Assembly: GCA_910588405.1 (NCBI GenBank) | Contig: CAJUPT010000003.1 | Span: 43,765-107,764 of the forward strand | Reading direction: 5' to 3' | DNA from: an uncultured Lachnospiraceae bacterium | GTDB lineage: Bacteria > Bacillota > Clostridia > Lachnospirales > Lachnospiraceae | DNA: 64,000 nucleotides | Translations under genes and position numbers: made by a program | Shown: in pieces, positions 19,559 to 29,163 of the stretch | How the letters are laid out: the number at the start of each line of letters is the position of its first letter | Numbering within the stretch: the stretch's first letter is position 1 | The notes under the pieces: generated by a model | Told to the model about the DNA's origin: nothing | The model's input: only the letters and a program-made list of their open reading frames with translations | Database searches by the model: none

Positions 19559-20269
19559 TCAGTTTCTTCTCTTCCCAAGAATCCGCAGCAAGTAAAGAAA
19601 GATATTGATGAAATCCAGATACAGCGCCAGCGCGGAAAATATGGAAGCTTTTGACGCCATGGCAGCATCATTGCCGTAATACTCATAATAAGCCTTGATC
19701 TTCTGGGTATCATATGCCGTGTACGCCAGGAAAATCACAATACCGATCATACAGGCAATGGTCTCAAAGCCAGACAGGTTCAGGAACATGGACAGCACCC
19801 AGAACACTGCCAGGAAAATGGCTCCGCCAAGCAGCACATTGCGCATTCTGGACAGGTCAACCTTTATAAAATAACCGATCATCGCCATCAGGCCGAAATA
19901 TACGGCGGTCAGACCAAATACCATCACCAGGCTCAGCATGTCGTAGAGCAGGAAATATACGGAAAAGGTCACGCCATTCAGAATCGCATAGGTAAAAAAC
20001 AGCGCTCTTGCCGCTCCCACCGACAGCTTATGCACCCGTGCGGACAGAAAGACCACCACGCCCAGCTCCGCAAGCAGCAGAATGAAATGCCCATAGGGAA
20101 CTGCGAACACATAGATGACCGCCCCTGTGGCATAGCCCGCAATGGCTGTCAGAAACGTGGCCAAAAGTCCCGCAAACATCCAGGCAAAGGTCTTTGCCGT
20201 ATAGCTGTACAACGGCTCCGCGTTGGCTTCACTGTATGTTGTGTAACCGTTTAAATGATATGATTCCAT
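19559..20269 (-). CDS. Bax inhibitor-1/YccA family membrane protein
   Basis: 236 aa with 7 TM segments and the BI-1 family C-terminal pattern (...YLDFINIFLYLLRILG). Confidence 0.75.
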   Translation of the reverse strand: MESYHLNGYTTYSEANAEPLYSYTAKTFAWMFAGLLATFLTAIAGYATGAVIYVFAVPYGHFILLLAELGVVVFLSARVHKLSVGAARALFFTYAILNGVTFSVYFLLYDMLSLVMVFGLTAVYFGLMAMIGYFIKVDLSRMRNVLLGGAIFLAVFWVLSMFLNLSGFETIACMIGIVIFLAYTAYDTQKIKAYYEYYGNDAAMASKASIFSALALYLDFINIFLYLLRILGKRRN

Positions 20270-20349
20270 AAAAATACACCTCCTGATTCATCTTTTAGGC
20301 TTTGCTGACTGAAGCTCTCTCTGCGACTCTTCCATAATCATGTGGCTGC

Positions 20350-20529
20350 TTATGCCATCACATCTATCGTCTGGCCCACCCCAGTCGCAGCCGCCTCCAT
20401 CATTTTAGCCAACTCATCGCCGCCGATCTCCGCAATCTCTAAAGTTTTGGACATCAGCGCAAAGCTTATACCTGTCTGAATCTGGCTGGCTGACATTGCC
20501 GTAGCTAACGCAGCAATATCCATAGTCAT
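20350..20529 (-). CDS. YjfB-like putative motility protein
   Basis: MDIAALATAMSASQIQTGISFALMSKTL matches the YjfB family N-terminus. Start set at MTMDIA, which has a GGAGG RBS 8 nt upstream. Confidence 0.6.
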   Translation of the reverse strand: MTMDIAALATAMSASQIQTGISFALMSKTLEIAEIGGDELAKMMEAAATGVGQTIDVMA

Positions 20530-20890
20530 AATACACACCTCCTATATCTAAGGATGTACTCTCAAAACCTCTCAGCACTGCAAGCCTCCGAGAGTACAAA
20601 TTAGGAAACGTCTTTCGCCGCTCCCATTTGCGTGGAGTCCCTTCCACTAATTTTTCTTTGAACATATACTATCATATTTTCCATAACAATTCAATATGAG
20701 CACAGTTTAAATTCATGTGAAATTGATGTGAAATTCATGCCAAATTCAAGTCAATTTCACGTCAGGTTCATCATTACCCCTAAAAATCCCAAAAGCCGCC
20801 TTCTCATTTTCAACGCAAACAGCTTTCTTTTTACTGTGCAATTTGAATCCTAATGATCAGTTTATTCAAAAACTTCATGATAAAAATATT

Positions 20891-21928
20891 CTACCTGTAC
20901 GCATCCAACAGCCCCATCAGCTCCCGGATCTCCTCTTCCCGCGTCGCCCAGCTGGTGGCGAACCGAACCACGGTATGAGCGTCATCCTTCTTCTCCCAGA
21001 TACTGAACACTACCTTCTCTTTCAGCCATGCAAGCTGCCTGTGATCCAGGACAATAAACTGCTGATTCGTCGGAGAATCCAGGAAAAACTCATACCCCCT
21101 GGACGCAAAGCCTTCTTTCAGCAGGCCGGCCATCCGGATGGCATGGCGGCTGATCTCAAAATAAAGTCCATCGGTAAACAGCGTGTCAAACTGAATGCCC
21201 AGAAGCCTTCCCTTCGCCATCAATGCTCCATGCTGTTTAATCCGCGCCAAAAAATGTGAGGGCGTATTATTTTTCGTAAAGACCACCGCCTCGCCGCACA
21301 GCGCCCCAACTTTCGTGCCGCCGATATAAAACACATCGCAAAGCTTCGCGATCTCCTGAAGGGTCAGGTCAGCCGCCGGGCTCATCAGGCCGTATCCCAG
21401 GCGGGCGCCGTCCATATACAGAGGGATCTCAAATTTACGGCAGACTGCGGCAATCTCCTCTAATTCCCTTTTTCCGTACAGTGTCCCGTATTCCGTAGGA
21501 TAAGATATATATACCATCCCCGGAAATACCATATGCTCCCGGGTGTCATTCTGCCAGAACTCCTCCAGATATTCCTCCAGCTCTTTCGCGTCGATCTTTC
21601 CGTCATGCTCCGGCAGCGCCAGCACCTTGTGGCCCGTATACTCGATGGCCCCTGATTCATGGGCATTCACATGCCCTGTCTTTGCCGCCACCACGCCCTC
21701 AAATCGATCCAGCATGGCATCCACAACCAGGGCGTTGGTCTGGGTTCCGCCTGCCACAAACCAGACGTCAGCCCCAGGACAATCGCAGGCTTTTTTGATC
21801 TTCTCCTTTGCGGACCGGCAGTAATGATCTTCACCGTAGCCCGGCAGCTGCTCCAAATTTGTTTCTAAAAGCCGTTTTAATATGAGCTCATGAGCCCCTT
21901 CCGCATAATCACATTCAAATGAAAACAA
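20891..21928 (-). CDS. ltaE: low-specificity L-threonine aldolase / beta-eliminating lyase family (PLP-dependent)
   Basis: 345 aa, MFSFECDYAEGAHELIL... and PLP fold-type I pattern (GGTQTN, KxG lysine region). Confidence 0.75.
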   Translation of the reverse strand: MFSFECDYAEGAHELILKRLLETNLEQLPGYGEDHYCRSAKEKIKKACDCPGADVWFVAGGTQTNALVVDAMLDRFEGVVAAKTGHVNAHESGAIEYTGHKVLALPEHDGKIDAKELEEYLEEFWQNDTREHMVFPGMVYISYPTEYGTLYGKRELEEIAAVCRKFEIPLYMDGARLGYGLMSPAADLTLQEIAKLCDVFYIGGTKVGALCGEAVVFTKNNTPSHFLARIKQHGALMAKGRLLGIQFDTLFTDGLYFEISRHAIRMAGLLKEGFASRGYEFFLDSPTNQQFIVLDHRQLAWLKEKVVFSIWEKKDDAHTVVRFATSWATREEEIRELMGLLDAYR

Positions 21929-22054
21929 AACAACTCTCCTCTATCCACATTTTGTACCATACGTTTCCACGGCCCGGTTTACATCCGCACGTTGCATTTG
22001 TAAGCCGGGCCATAAATTTTAGTATAGCAGTAACTCCTGCTTTTCCGAATTCAA

Positions 22055-25000
22055 TTATTTATCATGTATCTCACTGTGTATGGACTGCAGCGACCTTACA
22101 TCCCCCATTCCATGGGCCTTTATATACTTAATTCCCCTGGCGGTCACTCTCGCCGCCGCAATGGTGGTAAAGTAAGGAATCCTCGCCTTGATCGCAGCCT
22201 TCCTCAGATAGCTGTCGTCATGGACGCTTTCCTTCCCGGAGGGGGAGTTAATGATCAGCTGAATCTTGCCGTTTGTAATCATATCCATAATGTTCGGCCG
22301 GCCCTCATACAGCTTCTTCACCTTCTCCGCCGGGATTCCGGCTTCATGGAGCAATTCGTAAGTGATGCCGGTGGCCAGGATATGGAACCCGTCCTCGGCA
22401 AAGCTTCTGGCAATCTCCACCACCTCCGGCTTATCCTTCCTGTTTACGGAGATCAGCACCGTTCCCTCTAACGGCAGTCTGGACTGGGTAGCCTCCTGCG
22501 CCTTGTAAAATGCCTCGCCGTAATCATAGGACAGGCCCAGCACCTCACCGGTAGAACGCATCTCAGGCCCTAATACCGGGTCTACCTCCTGGAACATATT
22601 GAAGGGGAATACCGCTTCCTTCACGCCGTAGCAGGGAATCTCCTGCTCCTTCAAAGAAGGCACCGGAGACGGCCGCCCTGTCAGCTCCGAGGTAATAATC
22701 TCCGTAGCCAGCGGCACCATACGGATATTGCACACCTTAGATACCAGCGGCACGGTCCGGGATGCCCGCGGATTTGCCTCCAGCACATACACCTTGCCGT
22801 TTTCAATGGCATACTGCATGTTCATCAGGCCCTTCACATGCATCTCTTCCGCAATCTTCCGGGTATATTCTTTAATCGTCTCCACATTTTCCGGTGAGAT
22901 ATGGACGGAAGGGATAATGCAGGCCGAATCGCCGGAATGAATTCCTGCCAGCTCGATATGCTCCATCACCGCAGGCACAAATGCATGGGTTCCGTCGCTG
23001 ATGGCGTCCGCCTCACACTCCATGGCATGGTTTAAGAACCGGTCAATCAAAATTGGGCGGTCAGGCGTCACTCCTACGGCCGCCGCCATATAATCCGCCA
23101 TGCTCTCGTCGTCATAGACCACTTCCATGCCGCGGCCGCCCAATACATAAGAAGGACGAACCATGACCGGATACCCGATGCCGTTTGCGATGCGCAGGGC
23201 ATCCTCCACCGTAGTAGCCATGCCCGACTCCGGCATAGGGATATTAAGCTTCTCCATCATCTCCCGGAACAAATCCCTGTCCTCCGCCAGGTCAATGACC
23301 GCCGGGGAGGTGCCCAAAATCTTCACGCCGTTCTTCTCCAGGTCAGCAGCCAGGTTTAAAGGCGTCTGTCCGCCGAACTGGGCAATCACACCCAGAGGCT
23401 TTTCCTTTTTATAAATGCTTAACACATCCTCCAATGTCAGAGGCTCAAAATACAGTTTATCGGAGGTATCATAGTCCGTAGACACCGTCTCCGGGTTGCA
23501 GTTTACGATAATCGTCTCAAAGCCCAGCTTTTTCAGCGCCAGCGCCGCATGTACACAGCAGTAATCAAACTCGATTCCCTGCCCGATCCGGTTGGGGCCT
23601 CCGCCCAGGATCATAATCTTCGGCTTGCCCTCCGACACCGGATTTTTGTCCGGCGCATTGTAAGTAGAATAATAGTAAGCATTATCCTTCGTGCCGCTTA
23701 CGTGCACCCCTTCCCAGGCTTCCTCCACGCCCAGGCTGATTCTCCGGTTCCGGATATCGTCCTCCGGGATCTCCAGAAGCTGGCTTAAGTATTTATCGGA
23801 AAATCCGTCCTTTTTCGCCGCCGTCAGCAGTTCGTCCCCAGGCAGGGCGCCTTTGCTTTCCAGAAGCTTTTCTTCCTCGTCCACCAGTTCTTTCATCTGT
23901 TGAATGAAATAATGCTTTACCTTTGTAATCTGGAAAATCTCTTCTACCGTCGCCCCTTTGCGCAGCGCCTCGTACATCACAAAATACCGCTCGCTGGAGG
24001 GGGTGATCAGCATTTTCAGAAGCTGTTCCTTCGTTTTCTCGCCAAAATCCTTTGCATGGCCCAGGCCGTACCGCCCGGTCTCCAGGCTTCGGATCGCTTT
24101 CTGGAACGCTTCTTTAAAATTCTTGCCGATGCTCATCACTTCGCCTACGGCGCGCATCTGGGTTCCCAGCCTGTCCTCCACGCCCTTGAACTTCTCAAAA
24201 GCCCAGCGGGCAAACTTGATCACCACATAATCGCCGTCCGGCACATACTTGTCCAGTGTCCCATACTTACCGCAGGGGATATCCTTCAATGTCAGCCCCG
24301 TAGCCAGCATGGCGGATACAAGGGCAATCGGGAAGCCGGTGGCCTTGGACGCTAATGCCGAGGAACGGGAGGTTCTGGGATTGATCTCGATGACCACCAC
24401 CCGGTCTGACACAGGATCATGGGCGAACTGTACATTGGTCCCGCCGATCACCTGCACAGACTCTACGATCTTATACGCCTGCTCCTGCAAACGCTTCTGG
24501 CATTCCGCAGGAATAGTCAGCATCGGCGCGGAACAGAAGGAATCTCCGGTATGGACGCCCAGCGGGTCGATATTCTCGATAAAGCAGACAGTGATCATAT
24601 TATTGTCCGCATCCCGCACCACCTCCAGTTCCAGCTCCTCCCAGCCAAGAATCGATTCCTCTACCAGAACCTGGCCTACCAGGCTGGCCTGCAAACCTCT
24701 GGCACATACGGTTTTTAATTCTTCCTTATTATATACCAGTCCGCCGCCGGCGCCGCCCATGGTGTAGGCAGGACGCAGAACCACCGGATAGCCCAGGGAA
24801 TCGGCAATCTGCAAAGCCTCCTCCACACTGTATGCCACCTCACTGCGGGCCATCTCGATGCCCAGCGCGTTCATGGCCTTTTTAAATTCGATCCGGTCCT
24901 CGCCCCGCTCGATGGCATCCACCTGTACGCCGATCACCTGTACATGATATTTATCTAAAACACCGGCCTTATACAGCTCCGCACACAGATTCAGCCCGGA

Positions 25001-25279
25001 CTGGCCGCCCAGATTCGGCAGAAGCGCATCCGGCCGCTCCTTGGCGATGATCTGCTCTAACCGCTCCACATTCAGAGGCTCGATATAGGTAACGTCAGCC
25101 GTCTCCGGATCTGTCATGATGGTAGCCGGGTTGGAATTCACCAGAACGATCTCATAGCCCAGCTTATGCAGCGCCTTACAGGCCTGCGTGCCGGAATAAT
25201 CAAACTCACAGGCCTGGCCGATCACAATGGGGCCGGAGCCTATAATCAGTACTTTATGAATATCAGTTCTCTGTGGCAT
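22055..25279 (-). CDS. carB: carbamoyl-phosphate synthase large subunit
   Basis: 1074 aa. N-terminus MPQRTDIHKVLIIGSGPIVIGQACEFDYSGTQACKAL, two ATP-grasp repeats and a C-terminal MGS-like domain. Confidence 0.95.
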   Translation of the reverse strand: MPQRTDIHKVLIIGSGPIVIGQACEFDYSGTQACKALHKLGYEIVLVNSNPATIMTDPETADVTYIEPLNVERLEQIIAKERPDALLPNLGGQSGLNLCAELYKAGVLDKYHVQVIGVQVDAIERGEDRIEFKKAMNALGIEMARSEVAYSVEEALQIADSLGYPVVLRPAYTMGGAGGGLVYNKEELKTVCARGLQASLVGQVLVEESILGWEELELEVVRDADNNMITVCFIENIDPLGVHTGDSFCSAPMLTIPAECQKRLQEQAYKIVESVQVIGGTNVQFAHDPVSDRVVVIEINPRTSRSSALASKATGFPIALVSAMLATGLTLKDIPCGKYGTLDKYVPDGDYVVIKFARWAFEKFKGVEDRLGTQMRAVGEVMSIGKNFKEAFQKAIRSLETGRYGLGHAKDFGEKTKEQLLKMLITPSSERYFVMYEALRKGATVEEIFQITKVKHYFIQQMKELVDEEEKLLESKGALPGDELLTAAKKDGFSDKYLSQLLEIPEDDIRNRRISLGVEEAWEGVHVSGTKDNAYYYSTYNAPDKNPVSEGKPKIMILGGGPNRIGQGIEFDYCCVHAALALKKLGFETIIVNCNPETVSTDYDTSDKLYFEPLTLEDVLSIYKKEKPLGVIAQFGGQTPLNLAADLEKNGVKILGTSPAVIDLAEDRDLFREMMEKLNIPMPESGMATTVEDALRIANGIGYPVMVRPSYVLGGRGMEVVYDDESMADYMAAAVGVTPDRPILIDRFLNHAMECEADAISDGTHAFVPAVMEHIELAGIHSGDSACIIPSVHISPENVETIKEYTRKIAEEMHVKGLMNMQYAIENGKVYVLEANPRASRTVPLVSKVCNIRMVPLATEIITSELTGRPSPVPSLKEQEIPCYGVKEAVFPFNMFQEVDPVLGPEMRSTGEVLGLSYDYGEAFYKAQEATQSRLPLEGTVLISVNRKDKPEVVEIARSFAEDGFHILATGITYELLHEAGIPAEKVKKLYEGRPNIMDMITNGKIQLIINSPSGKESVHDDSYLRKAAIKARIPYFTTIAAARVTARGIKYIKAHGMGDVRSLQSIHSEIHDK

Positions 25280-25618
25280 GAAATGACCTCCTTGATTTTT
25301 GCTACATACTATTATAAAGAAAAAAGAGAATCCTGCAAGGACTTTTTCATGTCATTTGCGTTATGTTATTTGTGTTGTGCGGATTTTATTCCAACAGTTT
25401 GCCGTTCGCATCACCAGAAAGATAATCATTTTATTTTTTCTGATTGATTATACGCGCCCCCCTTTAGGACTCACTTCACTTTGCAGCCTGCTCTGCTTTT
25501 CATTTTCTCTGCCTGAACTTGCTCCGCTTCGCCAATTTTCTGTTTTCAAAACCGGAAACCTGTGCTAAAATAAAGGAAAATACCCTGCAGCCAGCTACTG
25601 ATACATCCGGAGGCCGCC

Positions 25619-25927
25619 ATGAAAGAAGACTTAAGCACCGCCCTCCCCACCGATGAGGAGGCTTACTATCTGGCAGAGCTTTTTAAGGTTTTTGCTGACA
25701 GTACCAGAATCAAAATTTTATATGCCATCTCCGAAAAGGAGCTGTGCGTGATGGATATCTGCCAGGAGCTGAACATGAGCCAGAGCTCCATTTCCCACCA
25801 GCTTCGGGTACTGAAGCAAAGCCGTCTGGTAAAGTTCCGCCGGGACGGCCGGACGATCTACTACAGCCTGGCCGACCACCATGTACAGACCATGCTAAGC
25901 CAGGGGATGGAGCATGTAGCGGAGTGA
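25619..25927 (+). CDS. ArsR/SmtB family metalloregulatory transcriptional repressor
   Basis: LAELFKVFADSTRIKILYAI...ELCVMDICQELNMSQSSISHQLRVLK is the canonical ArsR HTH. Confidence 0.85.
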   Translation: MKEDLSTALPTDEEAYYLAELFKVFADSTRIKILYAISEKELCVMDICQELNMSQSSISHQLRVLKQSRLVKFRRDGRTIYYSLADHHVQTMLSQGMEHVAE

Positions 25928-25967
25928 AATATCATGCGTGTGAATATCATTTAGAGGGAGGTGCATT

Positions 25968-26474
25968 ATGAGCCCTATATCATTCTTATCAAACCATATT
26001 TATTATAATCCTGCCCAAACCCCTGCCGATGCAAAGAACGCCATTTCTTTACAGACAGGAAACAGGCTCCCGGACGCTGAGAACCCCCAGGCGGCCGACG
26101 GCCAGAAAGTATCCCGCCAGCCGGATTATGATACCTATGAATGCCAGACCTGCAAAAGCCGAAAGTATAAAGACGGCTCTGACGACCCCGGCGTTTCCTT
26201 TAAGACAGCTACCCATCTCGACCCGGAAACCGCCCCTTACGCCATCCGCTCCCACGAAGGCGAGCATGTATCCCATAACAAGGCACAGGCCGAAAGGGAA
26301 AACAGAGAAATCGTATCCCAAACTGTCACCTACCACACCGACATCTGCCCGGAATGCGGGAAGGTCTATATGTCGGGCGGTACTACAAGAACGGTATCAC
26401 GGGCATCCGACAGCCAGGATTTTTATGGCGGAGATTCTGTCCGGAAAGGGGTTTATTTGGATTTGATTGCGTAG
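25968..26474 (+). CDS. hypothetical zinc-ribbon protein with HExxH motif, co-transcribed with ArsR
   Basis: 168 aa. CxxC (YECQTCK), then HEGEH, then CxxC (CPECGK). Starts 41 nt after the arsR stop. Confidence 0.5.
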   Translation: MSPISFLSNHIYYNPAQTPADAKNAISLQTGNRLPDAENPQAADGQKVSRQPDYDTYECQTCKSRKYKDGSDDPGVSFKTATHLDPETAPYAIRSHEGEHVSHNKAQAERENREIVSQTVTYHTDICPECGKVYMSGGTTRTVSRASDSQDFYGGDSVRKGVYLDLIA

Positions 26475-26743
26475 CGTTGTGTCGTGCCAGGAAATCCTGA
26501 GGTTTTAGGGCTTAGGGAGTTCCTGGCATTTAGTCATAATTGCAAATATTCACGCGTATTCAAATTCATAAAAATTCCTTTGTGTTTTTCGCGATTCGGC
26601 ATATATTTATTAAAAAAGGGCTGGCACGGCAGCATTCACCCCGTGTTCAGTCCTTATTCATTTTAACATTATATTTCCCTCTGAACCGGCGGCAAATCGG
26701 TGGCAAATCACTCATTTTGCACCTTGTCTCATCTTAAAAATCC

Positions 26744-28549
26744 TTATTTTATGCGGGTTAGAAGTACTACCGTCTCCACATTCCCCGTCCCCGGAAACAT
26801 ATCCACCATCCTCCACTTCTCCACCCGGTACCCCGCTGCCATCAGCATGTCCAGATCTCTCGCCAATGACGTCGGCTTACAGGAGATATAAATCATCCGC
26901 TCCACGCCATACTCCACGATCTTTTTAAGCGCTTTCGGATGAACTCCTTCCCTGGGCGGGTCCAGCACGATAAAATCCGGTCTCTGCGGTATTTCATCCA
27001 GCGCTTTCAGCACATCCGCCGCGATAAACGTACAATTCGCAAGCCCATTCAGCGCGGCATTCTCCCTGGCAGCCTGAACCGCCTCCTCCACAATCTCCAC
27101 GCCGATCACCTGCCCTGCTGCGGAGGCAAGCAATTGGGCGATAGTCCCGGTGCCGCTGTACAGATCAAACACTACCGGCGCAGTATCTCCGGCTTTCTCA
27201 GTCCCCTTATCTTTCCTGATCTCCTCTGCCTTCGCGGCTCCCTCAAAGCCTTCCTTCCTCTCCCGTTCGGAGGCCATCCCTACATACTCTCTAACCGCAC
27301 TGTAAAGCGCCTCCGCCCCCAGAGAATTTGTCTGAAAAAAGGAAAATGGCGTAATCTTAAACCGCAGCCCCAGCAGCTCCTCATAAAAATAATCCTGTCC
27401 ATACAAAATATCCGTCCGGTCACTTTGGACCACATCCGCCAGACTATCATTCACGATATGGAGCACACCGGTAATCATCCCCTGGCAGCCTGCAGATAAA
27501 AGCTCATTTACAAATTCTGAAAGCATCTCTGTTTCCGACCGAATGCCTTTTTCTATTCCCATACCACTTACATTTTCAGCGGCATCCCCAGATTCCAAAT
27601 CACTGCCTGTTCCAAAATTATTTTCTGCTTCCGGAATTTCTCTCATTTCAAAGTCATTCCCGGACTCCTGTCCACATTCTCCACCAAAACGGTTTCGATT
27701 TTCAAGATTCTCACCTACTCCATGATTCTTATCCGCTCCACGATTCTCCTTTACTCCCGATAGACCCCCGAACCGCGCATTATCTCTCGGATATTGACTG
27801 CTTGTCACCAGGCAAACCAGAATCTGTCCGGTTTTCACAGCTTTCCGCACCAGCAAATGCCGCAGATATCCCGTATGCTGCATTTTCCGATAGAAGGGCA
27901 GCCCCTTCCGGGTAAAAAAGTCCAGCGTTGCCCGCAAAATTTTTCGAAAATCCTCATGAACAATCTTACAATCCGCCACCGTGACAATATCATAAAAGCT
28001 GCCCCGCCTGTGCATACCCAGGGCAAGGGGGCCGTCCTTCATCGTATCCCCAAATGAAAATTCCATCTTATTCCGGTACTCCCGAAACTGCGGGCTGGGT
28101 GTAATGCCTTCATAGACGGCCGTCCACTCACAGTCATCCGCCTCCTCGCTGGCATCCGTCCCCTCACAGGCATCCGCCCTCTCACTGTCATCCGTCCCCC
28201 CACAGACATCTGCCTCCCCATATTTCTCCATCACAGGCCGCAGCAGACTGCGCACCTGTTCTTCTTTTATGCGCAGCTGTTCCTCATAAGGCAGTGTTTG
28301 ATACAGGCAGCCTCCACAGACTCCCGCATGGGAGCAGGCTTCCTGTCCATTTTCCAACGGCGACAGCTCCAAAACCTCCAACAGTATGGCTTCCGCCTTC
28401 CCCTTTTTCATTTTCCCGATACGAAACCGTACTCTCTGCCCAGGCAGCGCATATTTCATCGTCACCTTCCGCTCCTCCACATAAAGCCAGCCCTTATCCG
28501 GAAAATCTATCCCCTCTATCACACCTTCATAAATATCCCGTTTCTTCAT
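26744..28549 (-). CDS. 23S rRNA (uracil-5)-methyltransferase RlmD/RumA family (TRAM + 4Fe-4S + SAM MTase) with a large low-complexity insertion
   Basis: N-terminal TRAM (YEGVIEGIDFPDKGWLYVEE) and the Cys cluster CSHAGVCGGCLYQ. C-terminal MTase motifs DLYSGTGTIAQLLA and ...VLDPPREG...YISCKP. A ~200-aa G/E/N-rich insertion lies between them. Confidence 0.8.
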   Translation of the reverse strand: MKKRDIYEGVIEGIDFPDKGWLYVEERKVTMKYALPGQRVRFRIGKMKKGKAEAILLEVLELSPLENGQEACSHAGVCGGCLYQTLPYEEQLRIKEEQVRSLLRPVMEKYGEADVCGGTDDSERADACEGTDASEEADDCEWTAVYEGITPSPQFREYRNKMEFSFGDTMKDGPLALGMHRRGSFYDIVTVADCKIVHEDFRKILRATLDFFTRKGLPFYRKMQHTGYLRHLLVRKAVKTGQILVCLVTSSQYPRDNARFGGLSGVKENRGADKNHGVGENLENRNRFGGECGQESGNDFEMREIPEAENNFGTGSDLESGDAAENVSGMGIEKGIRSETEMLSEFVNELLSAGCQGMITGVLHIVNDSLADVVQSDRTDILYGQDYFYEELLGLRFKITPFSFFQTNSLGAEALYSAVREYVGMASERERKEGFEGAAKAEEIRKDKGTEKAGDTAPVVFDLYSGTGTIAQLLASAAGQVIGVEIVEEAVQAARENAALNGLANCTFIAADVLKALDEIPQRPDFIVLDPPREGVHPKALKKIVEYGVERMIYISCKPTSLARDLDMLMAAGYRVEKWRMVDMFPGTGNVETVVLLTRIK

Positions 28550-28723
28550 TATACAAACTCCTGTAATCTAAATATAATCAATCTACCCTTTTGACTCCCT
28601 AATCATCACAGGGAAGTTCGTCGAACTTTCCCATGATACAAGAAAGGCGCCCTTTCCCAGGCGCCCTCCGTCATAATCCGCATGTTTCAAAAGCTGGTTC
28701 CATCACCATCACTGTTTTCTCAA

Positions 28724-29005
28724 TCAATCCTCTTCCGCATCCGTCTCGTCATCCTCGAAAATGTCCTCATCGTCATCCTCGAAAAGATCGTCATCGAAAT
28801 CGTCGTCGTCAAAATCATCATCAAAGTCATCATCCGGCGTGAGGAAACGGTATACCGCGTAAGCAATACCTGCCACCGCAATTACGGCTCCGATAATTGC
28901 CAGAACCCACAGAATTGTCTTTTTTGTCTTTTCTTCTTCCTCATACTTTTTTACAATTTCATTTAATTTGCTTGTGGCAAGCCACTCATTAATCTGACTC
29001 ATCAT
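28724..29005 (-). CDS. small single-pass membrane protein with poly-acidic (D/E/F) C-terminal tail
   Basis: Start set at MMSQINEW, which has an AAGGA RBS. One TM helix (ILWVLAIIGAVIAVAGIAYAVY), then DDDFDDDFDDDDFDDDLFEDDDED.... Confidence 0.5.
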   Translation of the reverse strand: MMSQINEWLATSKLNEIVKKYEEEEKTKKTILWVLAIIGAVIAVAGIAYAVYRFLTPDDDFDDDFDDDDFDDDLFEDDDEDIFEDDETDAEED

Positions 29006-29163
29006 AATTGCCATCCTTTCGCATGTTCTAGATCGGCGGTATGGACTAAGCCATGCCATCCCGAACCATAGCGCTTTCAATGCGCTGCTTTTTGTTATTA
29101 TAACATCCTTTTCTATATTTTACTACTGTAAAAAATTATTTTTCACATTTTTTCATTAACCTT

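Noticed and set aside
25300-25340. Sequence resembling a PyrR-binding loop (agagaatcctgcaaggac) near carB
   Set aside because: It is on the plus strand while carB is transcribed on the minus strand. The downstream plus-strand gene is an ArsR regulator, so it is not a pyr attenuator.
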